From an uncultured delta proteobacterium (GTDB taxonomy: Bacteria; Desulfobacterota; Syntrophia; Syntrophales; UBA5619), in the NCBI GenBank assembly GCA_963817385.1, contig CAWFOM010000005.1, forward strand, positions 288,001-352,000: a stretch of DNA of 64,000 bases, in the 5' to 3' direction. The position numbers and the translations under genes are program-made. Under the pieces are notes generated by a model that was not told the origin of the DNA, searched no databases, and worked only from the letters and a program-made list of their open reading frames with translations. Shown here in pieces: positions 52,312 through 62,024 of the stretch; positions within the stretch are counted from its first letter, which is position 1, and each line of letters begins with the position of its first letter.

Positions 52312-53541
52312 TTACGTGCGTCCTGTGTGGAGGACGCCTGCCTGTTCGAGGGCGGTGATTTCGTCCTCGGGCAGACCGATCCAGGAAACGATATCGCGGT
52401 TGTGCGCGCCGATCTTTGGGGCGGGCCTGTAGAATTCTTGAGGTGTGCCGCTCAACGTATTGACGAAGCCGAACATGGGGATGTAGCCCATCTCGTCGTC
52501 GGGTAGGTCGACGATGGCTTCCATTTCCTGAAAGTGTGGATCCTCGATGATCTGCGATATGTCGTAGATCGGAGCAACGGTGACCTCGCGCGCCTCGAAG
52601 TACGCGACGGCTTCCTTCTGGTTCATGGTCAGGATAAAGTCGGAGATCCAGCCCATGATCTCCGCCCGATGGGCAATCCGTCCTTTGATCGTATTGTATT
52701 CAGGATTTGAGTTGTATTCACCTTTACCGACAGCCTCGATCACGCGCCGCGGCATCGGTTCCATGGAGGCCGACATGGACACCCACTGATTGTCCTTCGT
52801 TTTAAAAAGACCTCGCGGCACGGTGAAGAAGGCGCTGTTGCTGTCGCGCTTCCGAATCTCGCCGTTGAGGCGATAGTTCGCCGACTGCGGCCCCTGGGTG
52901 ATGAAGAGCGGATTGAACAGCGGCTGGTCGATAACCTGGCCTCGCCCGCCATTGATTGCGACATTCCAGAGCGCCGCCAAAGTGGACATGGCGCCGGCGT
53001 AGCCGGCAACGGTATCGGCGATGGGTCCGGGCGGCAAGACGGGCTCGCGTTCGGGGAATCCGTTGGCGGCAGCCAGGCCGCATATACCTTCAATCAGGGT
53101 CCCGAAGCCCGGACGGTTGCGGTAGGGTCCGATCTGGCCCCACCCGGAAATGCGCACGATCACCAGTTTGGGGTTTATCTCGAGCAGCACATCGGGTGCG
53201 AGCCCCATTTTCTCCAATGTGCCCGGACGGAAATTCTCGACCAAGACGGACGCCTCTTTGACGAGACGCTTGAACAGCTCCGTGCCTTGGGTTTGACGCA
53301 GATCAAGGCCGACGCTCTTCTTGTTGCGGCCGAGCATCTTCCAATGGGTGGAGATGCCCTCGCGCCGCCATTCGCGCAGGCTGTCGCCGGCTGGCGTCTC
53401 CACCTTAACGACCTCCGCACCGAGATCCGCCAGCACCATCGTCAACGTATTGCCCGACACAAGGCGGCTGAGATCCAAGACACGGATCCCCTCCAAAGCT
53501 CCATGCGCGGTCGGATTGAATTCCCTTCGATGAATCGTCAT
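52312..53541 (-). CDS. CoA-transferase family III (CaiB/BaiF)
   Basis: LEGIRVLDLS, LADLGAEVVKVE, RNKKS, ENFRPG, PIAD. Confidence 0.95.
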   Translation of the reverse strand: MTIHRREFNPTAHGALEGIRVLDLSRLVSGNTLTMVLADLGAEVVKVETPAGDSLREWRREGISTHWKMLGRNKKSVGLDLRQTQGTELFKRLVKEASVLVENFRPGTLEKMGLAPDVLLEINPKLVIVRISGWGQIGPYRNRPGFGTLIEGICGLAAANGFPEREPVLPPGPIADTVAGYAGAMSTLAALWNVAINGGRGQVIDQPLFNPLFITQGPQSANYRLNGEIRKRDSNSAFFTVPRGLFKTKDNQWVSMSASMEPMPRRVIEAVGKGEYNSNPEYNTIKGRIAHRAEIMGWISDFILTMNQKEAVAYFEAREVTVAPIYDISQIIEDPHFQEMEAIVDLPDDEMGYIPMFGFVNTLSGTPQEFYRPAPKIGAHNRDIVSWIGLPEDEITALEQAGVLHTGRT

Positions 53542-53697
53542 TACAGAAACTCCTTTCTATTGTGTTGGATAGCGCGAGCCATTGCGTACGGAAGCAAATA
53601 ACGATGAATCCGGAACGATCACCGTCATGGCTGAAAAAAAACGGGTTACGATAATATGATACTCCGTATCCATTCCATCGGAGGAATCAAACCGGAC

Positions 53698-54372
53698 TTA
53701 TTCACTCGATTCCATGAGAGCCAATACACGATTCACATGGTCACTGGAATGCTTCTCGATTAACTTCCGCAGTTTGTCTGTTTTCTTCTGTTGGAAAGCG
53801 GCGAAGATTTCTCGATGCTCGCGATTAGACTCCCGTTGACGATCAGGAAGTTTCATGATCAGGGATGTCGTCCAGCGTAACTGCCTTGTCAAGGGTAAAA
53901 ATGCATCAATGAGTTTTTTATTCTTGCAGCAGGAAACCAACGTTTCATGAAAGTTTTGGTTCAAATTTCTCCGTTGGACGATGTCATTTTGTGCTGTCGC
54001 CTGTTCCATCCCGTCTAAGATTTCTTTAACGGCGGCTATTTCCTGTTCACCGGCCAGCAGAGAACCTTTTATGACTCCAAAGGCTTCAATGGCGGTTTTC
54101 AGTTCGTACATATGGGCAAACTCCTCCGGACTGAGTTTCACGATCTCCCTCCGGAGATGGCTCTTGCGAACCAAATTCATTTCCTCAAGACGCAGGAGAG
54201 CCTCGCGAGCCGGAACGCGGCCTACGCCGAACTCTTTCGCGACGCCCGATTCGCTAATCATTGATTGTGGCGGATACTTGCCGGAGAATATCGATTCCTG
54301 CAGGAGTTGCACCAATCTGTCTGCCAAGGTCTCCCTGTGGAAGTTAAGAAGGCTATTACTCATCGCGGACAT
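53698..54372 (-). CDS. GntR family regulator (FCD domain)
   Basis: HTH GVGRVPAREAL, NQNFH, EHREI. Confidence 0.92.
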   Translation of the reverse strand: MSAMSNSLLNFHRETLADRLVQLLQESIFSGKYPPQSMISESGVAKEFGVGRVPAREALLRLEEMNLVRKSHLRREIVKLSPEEFAHMYELKTAIEAFGVIKGSLLAGEQEIAAVKEILDGMEQATAQNDIVQRRNLNQNFHETLVSCCKNKKLIDAFLPLTRQLRWTTSLIMKLPDRQRESNREHREIFAAFQQKKTDKLRKLIEKHSSDHVNRVLALMESSE

Positions 54373-54433
54373 AGGTGACTTTCCTCCCGAGAGAAAAAGG
54401 TCCATCAAATCATTGATCTCTGTGTATCTGTGT

Positions 54434-54465
54434 ATCTGTCTACAGATTTGAAAATAATTTGTCAA
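54434..54465 (-). promoter_or_regulatory. gntR promoter with palindromic operator over -10
   Basis: TTGACA-17 nt-TAGACA; ATCTGTCTACAGAT near-palindrome. Confidence 0.6.
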
Positions 54466-54527
54466 CGCAAATTTAAAAAAGATTTAATGGCGAAAAAGCG
54501 CCGCCCGTCAGGAGAGCGTTAAAACGT

Positions 54528-55688
54528 TCACGCCGGTACGGACTCATCCGTTTGCCGGTTCTTGATCGGAGCGCTTTGCTGGAGTCGGCAATCGGGGCGC
54601 TGGAAGCTGGTGATCGGGGATGCCCAGGGCGACGGCGCGCCCTCGTAGGCTTTCGGACCCAGAATGAAGTGTTTGGCCTGCTCGAGCGTTTCGATGTGCG
54701 GCATATCCATGGGGTAGAGATGGTCATAACGAGGTCGCGGTCCGGCCTTGGAAACATGCCCGTAGAGAAGATGCCCGACGATCTCTTCCGCAAGCCAGAC
54801 CACTTCAACGAGCTTGTATAGATCAACGCCGGTGCTAATGCCCATTTCCTCCAGCATGTGCATCAGATCTTCCGTTGCTGCCATCATTGCAGCGCGTCCA
54901 TTCCCGCAATACGGGCAACCGGACATGCCGCCGATGCACGACTGGAGGCGCAGGGTGTCGCCGCCGTCCAGCACACGGAGCGCGGCATAGATCGAGGCAA
55001 GAGCCGTCCCTCGCCCATTGTGGAAATGCAGGTTGAAATCGGTAATGGATGGCCAGCGCTCTTTAATCGCCGCCAGTTGCCGTTCAACCTGGTGTGGCAT
55101 ATTCCAACTCATCGCATCCGAGAAACCGATACGCGTGACCGCAATGCCGGCATCGGCCCACATCTGATACATCCGGTCATACATCCGCATGCGTTGCTCC
55201 TGCGTGAACTCGCCGGTCCAATTGGAACCCCACGGATTACTGATGGACATGCCGCCTTCGGTTATGCCGTTGGCTCGTCCTTTTTCAATCTGCTTGGCCC
55301 ATCCTGCAATTTGCTGGGCCTGCGTACGATTGGTGTTGCGTTGAGCGAAGACATCGCACATATCAAGCTTGGTCGAGTACTCGGCAATCCGCGCAGAAAG
55401 CGGAGGCGTGAATGCGCGTGCGCGCTCAAATCCCTTCTCGTTCAATGCGGTATACGTGTATCGAATACCCGGTTTGGGGTGGAAGCCGCGTACAAGATCA
55501 TCCATGCATGCCATCTGGGGCGTCCATTTGGGACTAACAAAAGAGCCGACGGCGATTTCTTTGAGGCCGGTCTCCGAGAGCGCGTCGATGAGACGGATTT
55601 TATCTTCGACGGAAATGTTCTGATTTTCGATCTGCAACCCGTCGCGCATACCTTCTTCCGTGTGAAGTATTTTCGGATAACCAGCCAT
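54528..55688 (-). CDS. HMG-CoA lyase-like (DRE-TIM) protein
   Basis: EEGMRDGLQ, GSFVSPKWTPQMA, LHFHN, GGMSGCPY, ATED. Confidence 0.87.
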   Translation of the reverse strand: MAGYPKILHTEEGMRDGLQIENQNISVEDKIRLIDALSETGLKEIAVGSFVSPKWTPQMACMDDLVRGFHPKPGIRYTYTALNEKGFERARAFTPPLSARIAEYSTKLDMCDVFAQRNTNRTQAQQIAGWAKQIEKGRANGITEGGMSISNPWGSNWTGEFTQEQRMRMYDRMYQMWADAGIAVTRIGFSDAMSWNMPHQVERQLAAIKERWPSITDFNLHFHNGRGTALASIYAALRVLDGGDTLRLQSCIGGMSGCPYCGNGRAAMMAATEDLMHMLEEMGISTGVDLYKLVEVVWLAEEIVGHLLYGHVSKAGPRPRYDHLYPMDMPHIETLEQAKHFILGPKAYEGAPSPWASPITSFQRPDCRLQQSAPIKNRQTDESVPA

Positions 55689-55803
55689 AAACACACCTCC
55701 CTCGTGATATAAGATTCTTCTGAGCACCGGCGTTCACCAGCACCCCGAAGATGACGCGCCCGCATGATCGCGTCCCCGCCCCGTCAGCCCTACAACGTAT
55801 TCG

Positions 55804-56784
55804 CTACAGCCGGGCGAATTTCTGGAACATGTGGGACCCGACCGGCACGTGTCCCCTGCTGGCGCCGAACGTGTGGGTGACCTCCGACACATAAATGTCG
55901 CCGCGGGAGTCGGCGCAGATCCCGTGCGGCGCGATGAAGTTTCCCGGGGCGGTACGCTCACCCTCGTGTCCGAAGCGCGCCAGCACCTTGCCGCTCATAT
56001 CCATTACGGTGACCCGGCCGGGCTCATCCTTCTCGATCTTACCGCGCCGCAAGGAGCGCGACCCCGGGATCCACCACAGCTCCGAAACGTAGATCAGACC
56101 GTCACGAATGCACAGACCTGTGGGCCGCTGTACGTGGGTCCACTGCTCCGTAAACTCGCCCGTGGGGCTGAAGATCTGGATTCGATCGTTCTCCCGGTCA
56201 GCCACGAAAACGCGCTCGTCGGGAGCCACCCAGATGTCGTGGGGCAGGTTGAACTGGCCGGGCCCGGTGCCGGGCTCTCCCCAGGATTGAATAAGCTGGC
56301 CGCCGGCGCTGAAGCGATGGACGCGGGCGTTGCCGTAGCCGTCCGAAACATACAGGTCGCCGTTAGGGGCGCAGGCGACACCGGTAGGACGGTTGAATGG
56401 GGGGCCGCCATGGGTGATACTGCTGATCCCCTTCTCCTTGACATAACCGGTGTCGGTCGCCGCGCCGGGCGTTCCCAGCATCATCAACTGCTTTCCGTCG
56501 GGGGTGAACTTGCGGACGGTGTGATTGCCATCGTCCACGGTGTACACCGCTCCATCCGGGCCAAACCTGATGCAGTGGGTGCGCGGGGTGAAGACCCCCT
56601 CGCCCCATGCGGCTACGAAGGTCCCATCCTGCTCATACACGATCACCCGGGCATCGCTGCGCGTGATCAGGTAGACGCGGTCGTTGGCGTCCACTCCTGC
56701 CCCGACGCAGTCCAGGTGTTTGAGGCCAGCGGGAAGTTTCTCCCAGCCCTCTACCAACTTATAGCGAAGATTTCCCATACCCAT
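55804..56784 (-). CDS. NHL-repeat beta-propeller (peptidyl-alpha-hydroxyglycine lyase-like)
   Basis: FNRPT, SDGYGNARV, FNLPH, VADRENDRIQ, FIAPH. Confidence 0.88.
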   Translation of the reverse strand: MGMGNLRYKLVEGWEKLPAGLKHLDCVGAGVDANDRVYLITRSDARVIVYEQDGTFVAAWGEGVFTPRTHCIRFGPDGAVYTVDDGNHTVRKFTPDGKQLMMLGTPGAATDTGYVKEKGISSITHGGPPFNRPTGVACAPNGDLYVSDGYGNARVHRFSAGGQLIQSWGEPGTGPGQFNLPHDIWVAPDERVFVADRENDRIQIFSPTGEFTEQWTHVQRPTGLCIRDGLIYVSELWWIPGSRSLRRGKIEKDEPGRVTVMDMSGKVLARFGHEGERTAPGNFIAPHGICADSRGDIYVSEVTHTFGASRGHVPVGSHMFQKFARL

Positions 56785-57039
56785 TATTTCTCCTTACCTC
56801 CTACGATAATGAATATCTCACCAACACATCTACCCGACCTTCAAGAGAAGGTGGCCTGCCGCTGATCCGGGGTTCTCAGGATACTCACTGTGCCCCTCCG
56901 CCGAAAACGGTGCGGGCGCGGGGAAAGTCTTCTGTCCGGGACTGCCGGGGCTCCGTTCTTTGATATCCCTTCGCCGGATTCGACTGAAATAGTAGGGCAT
57001 ATGGCAGCGCCCAACGAACTTGCCTTGCCAAAGACAAAT

Positions 57040-57219
57040 AAGGAGAGTCTCGCGATCCGGAACACGGCCTACGCCGAACTCTTTTGCAACGCTCGCTTCG
57101 CTGATCATTGATTTGGGGGGGTACTTACCGGAGAATATCGATTCCAGCAGGAGTTGCACCAATCCGTCCACCAAAGTTTCTCGATGAAAGTCAAGAAGAT
57201 CATTTCTCGCCACGGACAT
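57040..57219 (-). pseudogene. Truncated duplicate of the gntR 5' end
   Basis: FHRETLVDGLVQLLLESIFSGKYPPKSMISEASVAKEFGVGRVP nearly matches GntR at 54372; similarity ends after the HTH. Confidence 0.85.
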
Positions 57220-57273
57220 GAGTGACGTTCTCCCGAGTGAAAAAGTTCCATAAAATCATAAATCTCGGTATAT

Positions 57274-57303
57274 CTGTATACAGGTTTGAAAATACGTTGT
57301 CAA
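57274..57303 (-). promoter_or_regulatory. Duplicated gntR promoter/operator
   Basis: TTGACA-17 nt-TATACA; perfect CTGTATACAG palindrome. Confidence 0.65.
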
Positions 57304-57465
57304 TGCAAATTTTCACGAATTTGCACCGCGAACCCCCTGTTCCGTCTGCAACCCGGTATTTGAGCAGCGTCCAAAGGGCCGCGACGCCGGAGGCGGACAT
57401 CAAAGCTGATGAATCCATGGCCGATCATCTGTCTGTACGCGGCAAACGACAGGGCGGTCTGTTCT

Positions 57466-59148
57466 TCATTCCGGCATTTCCTGTGCGGAACTTTCTGCCG
57501 GCGGTGGATAGGCATGGCAGGTGGGTGTTGTCCGGATCAGGGTTTCCAGCCGTTCCATCAGGGGGGGGAGCGTGGCCGGATTGAGGGCGGAAATGGCGAC
57601 GGCGTCGAAACGCCGGCAGAGGGTTTCGAGAAGCGTCCGGTCCGTGAGGCGGTCCGTCTTGTTGAAGACCCGAAGGGTCGGTTTCCTGATTAACTCCAGA
57701 TCCTGAAGGATCTTCTCGACCGCTGTGATCTGTGCCTCGAAGGCGGGGTTTCCTGCGTCGATCACGTGGAGGAGAATGTCCGCCTCCTGGAGTTCGTCAA
57801 GGGTCGCCCTGAAGGCGGCGACGAGCTCCTTCGGCAGCTCCCGGATGAAGCCGACCGTATCAGTGATGATCGCTTCCGTATCTCGCGGGAAGCGGAGGCG
57901 CGAGCTCTTGGGATCCAGGGTCGCGAAGAGGCGGTCCTCGGTGAAGACGTCGCTTTTCGTCAGGGCGTTTAAAAGCGTCGATTTGCCGGCATTGGTATAG
58001 CCGACGATCGAGATGACGGGAAGACCCGCCCGGTCACGACGGCCGCGCCGCTGTCCCCGTGCCTTTTCGATGTTCTTCAGATCCTTTTCCAGGTGGTGGA
58101 TCCGCTCGCGCGTCCGCCGCCGGTCAACCTCCAGTTTGGTCTCGCCCGGACCGGTGCCGCCGATCCCTCCCGCCAACCGGGAAAGGCCCGCATCCTGCCG
58201 CGTGAGCCGGGGGAGGCGGTACTTGAGCTGAGCCAGCTCCACCTGGATCTTGCCCTCGCGACTATGGGCGCGCCGGGCGAAGATATCGAGGATCACCTGG
58301 GTGCGGTCGATGACCTTCATCTCGGTAAAATCGGCTATGGAACGGATCTGGGCGGCGGTCAGTTCGTGATCGAAAATGAGCAGGTTCGCGTCCATCTGCA
58401 TTGCGCGGATTACGAGATCCGAAAGTTTTCCTTTGCCGATGAGGAAGCGCGGGTCCACCTCCGGACGGTGCTGAATCACGGCATCGAAGACCTCGACGCC
58501 GGAAGTACGGCAGAGCTCCCGAAGCTCCGCGAGGGAGGCCTCGCCGTCGAAAAAGGGGTTCGTCTCCACGCGGACGAGGATGGCGCGGTCGACGGCCTCA
58601 ACCTTGCGTGTCCTCTGCCGTTTGGTAAATTCCCCTTCGAGGGCGGTAATGAATGAGGTGAACTCGAGATCCAGCTCTGCGGGGCGCCGAGGGTCGAGGG
58701 TCAGCCAGAAGCGCCCCTCCGGATTTTCGGGGATGAGGTGGGCGGTGTGGGCATAACCGGGGAGGCCGTCGTCGCCGGTCTCCAGGGCGCAGACGAGATC
58801 GAGGCGCAACAGCGCGAGGTCGGTGAGGTCGTCGGTGGTGAGCTCCTCGCCGGCCAGGTGCGTATGGATCAGACGGAGCCCCCTGAATCGATGGGAGGCG
58901 GAACGGAAGCCGTCCAGAGCCGGGATGAGGATGTTATGATGAGAGCCCACGATGACATAGGCGATCTCCCCCCGGCGGGTGATGAGGAGGCCGATCTGGC
59001 GGTTGATCTCCCGGGAGAGCTCGGTGAGTTGGCGGGCCAGTTCATGGGTGACGATTCGTTCCGGCGGCACGCGCCGCCGGTGGAGCTGCCCGATGCGCTT
59101 GATCTGGGCCGGTCCGAGGCCGGTCAGGTTGCCGTGAATCTTTTCGAT
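57466..59148 (-). CDS. hflX: GTPase HflX (long form; probable ATC start)
   Basis: VGYTNAGKST, LFATLD, DTVGFI, NKTD; N-terminus IHGNLTGL upstream of the called GTG. Confidence 0.93.
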   Translation of the reverse strand: MEKIHGNLTGLGPAQIKRIGQLHRRRVPPERIVTHELARQLTELSREINRQIGLLITRRGEIAYVIVGSHHNILIPALDGFRSASHRFRGLRLIHTHLAGEELTTDDLTDLALLRLDLVCALETGDDGLPGYAHTAHLIPENPEGRFWLTLDPRRPAELDLEFTSFITALEGEFTKRQRTRKVEAVDRAILVRVETNPFFDGEASLAELRELCRTSGVEVFDAVIQHRPEVDPRFLIGKGKLSDLVIRAMQMDANLLIFDHELTAAQIRSIADFTEMKVIDRTQVILDIFARRAHSREGKIQVELAQLKYRLPRLTRQDAGLSRLAGGIGGTGPGETKLEVDRRRTRERIHHLEKDLKNIEKARGQRRGRRDRAGLPVISIVGYTNAGKSTLLNALTKSDVFTEDRLFATLDPKSSRLRFPRDTEAIITDTVGFIRELPKELVAAFRATLDELQEADILLHVIDAGNPAFEAQITAVEKILQDLELIRKPTLRVFNKTDRLTDRTLLETLCRRFDAVAISALNPATLPPLMERLETLIRTTPTCHAYPPPAESSAQEMPE

Positions 59149-59176
59149 GGCGGATCCTTAACTGACTGAATTTCTG

Positions 59177-59374
59177 CTACTTAAATTTCTGGGGGCTGAC
59201 CCGTTTTTCCATCCCGTCGAGGAAGGTCGACCAGGCATTCGTCCGAAACGGGGAGACCTGCTTCTTGGTTGCCGTCGCGCCGCATGCCGGACATGCCGCC
59301 CCCTCCTCGCCGACCTTCATGAGCCGTTCGAAGAGATGTCCGCAGTCGGTGCATTGGTATTCATAGATCGGCAT
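59177..59374 (-). CDS. FmdB family zinc-ribbon protein
   Basis: [12 protein letters not shown]...CPACG. Confidence 0.9.
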   Translation of the reverse strand: MPIYEYQCTDCGHLFERLMKVGEEGAACPACGATATKKQVSPFRTNAWSTFLDGMEKRVSPQKFK

Positions 59375-59492
59375 GTCCGTTCCTCTGAATTTTCCCCTCA
59401 GCGGTAAATGACCGAGGGGTGAATTAATACCATGCGATGCGCGGGCGGTCAAGGGCTTGGATCGGGCTCGGGAGAAGAGGAAGTGCGCGGAT

Positions 59493-59522
59493 AAAAAAGC
59501 CCCGGGGATTGCTCCCCGGGGC
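59493..59522 (-). terminator. Intrinsic terminator of porin gene
   Basis: GCCCCGGGGA-GCAA-TCCCCGGGGC-TTTTTT. Confidence 0.9.
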
Positions 59523-59552
59523 CGGGTTAAGGCTTAACGAAGCAAACCGTCC

Positions 59553-60950
59553 TTAGAAGCTCAGGGCCAGTCTGTTCATCAGCATATAGTCGTTGCCGAC
59601 TGAGTTGCTGTCACTGGGTCCTTTGAAGGCGTCGCCGGCCCAGAGATAGCCGGCGCCTATCATGTAGGTGAGGTTGTCATAAAGCTTGTAGGACGCCGTC
59701 AGGTCGAGTTCATACCCCATCTTCTTGGAGACGTACTCGGCCCCGGTCTTGGAATTGCCGACCCTGGGCTTCTTGTCGAATTCTGCATACGTGAAACCCA
59801 GCTCGACGTTGATCTTCGGCGTCGGGTTGAAACCGCCGAAAGCGTTGTACATGATGAACCCGGCGGGGGCGTTCTTCCAGGAACTGAAGTTGCCGGCGTC
59901 ATAGGCGTTGCCGCCCGGGAAAATATCAGTCAGATAGTCATCGGCCAGCAGTATCAGCGTGGGGTTCCAGTTTTTGGCATTAAACACATTCTTGCTCTTG
60001 GTGGTATCCTGGAAATCGTCGCCTGAGCTGTAGCCGACCGCTGCGCCGAAATAGGCCGGTCCGACGTTCGCTTGCGCCTTGAGGTATCCGCCCCAGGCCG
60101 ACAAATCTACATTCTGCGCCGTCGCCGTTTCAGTCTCATAGTCTCTCACCCTGCCGAAGCCGTAGCCAAATTCGGACTCGATATACACGGGGCCGAATGT
60201 CGCCTTCACGTAAGGAAGAATCGTGTGAAGTCTCGATCTGAAGGGGTCGGCGGCCAGCAGCCTGGTCGTGTTGCCGACGTAGTAATTGTAGAGCAGACCC
60301 GCTTCCACTTTTCCCTGCTTGTAAATCCCGGCCAGCCGGTAGTAGTCGTTGTCCGCGTCGGTCTTATTCGATCTGGCGTCCAGATTGCCCATGTCGGATT
60401 CAACGCGTTTGTCCCAAATTGCAAGCAGGATCACCGGGCCAAACTGGGTCGTGAACTTGAGCCGCGGCCCGGTCTGCTCGTAGTCACCCCAACCGGTGCC
60501 CCACCGGGCGACCTGCTGGTAGCCGATATCGAACTGGCCGATTGCGGTCTTGAAGGTCACAAAGCTTCGTTCTAACTCGAAGTTCTCCTGGATCTTCGCT
60601 CTGTTGTTTGTCGTGGTCCCCGGCATCCTGCGGGAGTTGGAATAGTCGTCCGTTCCGCCTCTCCACTGGATATTGCCCCACTGTTTCTCCAACATGTCCG
60701 CCCGGAGCGTCAGGCTGAGCCCCTCGGCGACCTTGAAGACAGGCTGAATCCTTGTTCGCGTCCAGACCGCGGCGGCGGAGTTTTGCCCACCGAAGAAGCC
60801 GCGGTTGTCGTCGCCCGACTGATTGATGTTGCTTTCATACGCGCCTTCAATCTGGTAACTTCCGCTGACCGACACATCAACAGCCGATGCGGTCGCGCCG
60901 AAGCCCACGATCAGCCCCAACGACAGTAAAACGACCAAAAATTTCTTCAT
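59553..60950 (-). CDS. Outer-membrane porin-like protein
   Basis: Signal peptide ending ATASA, amphipathic strands, GYELD, terminal Phe. Confidence 0.85.
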   Translation of the reverse strand: MKKFLVVLLSLGLIVGFGATASAVDVSVSGSYQIEGAYESNINQSGDDNRGFFGGQNSAAAVWTRTRIQPVFKVAEGLSLTLRADMLEKQWGNIQWRGGTDDYSNSRRMPGTTTNNRAKIQENFELERSFVTFKTAIGQFDIGYQQVARWGTGWGDYEQTGPRLKFTTQFGPVILLAIWDKRVESDMGNLDARSNKTDADNDYYRLAGIYKQGKVEAGLLYNYYVGNTTRLLAADPFRSRLHTILPYVKATFGPVYIESEFGYGFGRVRDYETETATAQNVDLSAWGGYLKAQANVGPAYFGAAVGYSSGDDFQDTTKSKNVFNAKNWNPTLILLADDYLTDIFPGGNAYDAGNFSSWKNAPAGFIMYNAFGGFNPTPKINVELGFTYAEFDKKPRVGNSKTGAEYVSKKMGYELDLTASYKLYDNLTYMIGAGYLWAGDAFKGPSDSNSVGNDYMLMNRLALSF

Positions 60951-61146
60951 TTTTTCCTCCTGTTTTGCTGGTTCGATCCCCACGGGCATGGGGACCATCG
61001 TAAAAAACCGACGCTTTCGCGTCTCCGCGCGCGACCCGTTTTCCGCCGGTCCGCTGCCGGCAGGGGAACCGTTCCTGCATTCCCTTAGGCCGCCATCCAA
61101 TCAACATCTGTTCGGGAAATCACCTCCTTTCACAGATATTGCGGAG

Positions 61147-61175
61147 AACCTACCATCGCCCGTGGACGATGTCAA
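61147..61175 (-). promoter_or_regulatory. sigma70-type promoter of porin leader
   Basis: TTGACA-17 nt-TAGGTT. Confidence 0.55.
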
Positions 61176-62024
61176 GCCCCAATTTTTCCGCGCCGCATAA
61201 TCAGTTTTGCTGCCTGCGGGAAAGATGACAGCAGCAACTTCTGCAATAGCCGTACCAGGGGCGGACTCTTCGGGATCATCTCCCGGGAATCCGGTATCGG
61301 ATAGTGGGATAGTGAGATGAAAATCTAATATAAACAAAATTATACATTATTCTACCCCTGCCAGCCCATCACATGTGTCTATCCCTTGCCGGCGCCATCC
61401 TTCTACAGACGAGAGGAGAACTGGGGTGAAATTGGCCAGCAGTGGCAGCTCTTGATGTGTTGAAAATACCACACAAAGAACGCATCCGGGCGGAGAGACC
61501 CTGATCCGGTCCTGCCGCGTTCCCCGGCTCTCTTATTTTTTTGCACTGATCCGCATGGAGGAGGGATACCATGGGGGTTGGGGCAGGGCAGTTTGCCTAT
61601 TCAATGTGGTAATGTGGTGCGGTGCCGGCCCGAAAAAATTTCTTGACATCCAGTGACGATTGAGATAGATCGGACCAGAATGACTTCTGGTCATATAGTG
61701 ACCGCCGTTCACGCTCGGTGACGTTTTCCAACAGTCCGAATATGCGCCATAATTAGATTGATTCCGAAGCGGTTTTCGCTCGTCGCGATAGAGGCCGGGC
61801 GGCCTGGGAAGGGTGATAGACGGCTGCGTCCCGGAGCGAAGCGTTTCATTTCCCGGTGATGGGGGGTGCTCGTACGTTACCGGCAGGGTCGCGTCGGCCG
61901 GTTGTCTTCGCTGATTGCAGGCGCCGTGAATGACAGCAAAGGGCTCATTCTTCCCGTGCGGCATGACGGGAAAGTCTGGAGCGATCCGAAAAAATAGTAT
62001 ACAAATACCATAGGGGAGGTCATT

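Noticed and set aside
54416..54447. Short ACAGATAC tandem repeats as CRISPR or iteron
   Set aside because: Only 2-3 contiguous 8-mers inside a promoter; no spacers or cas genes
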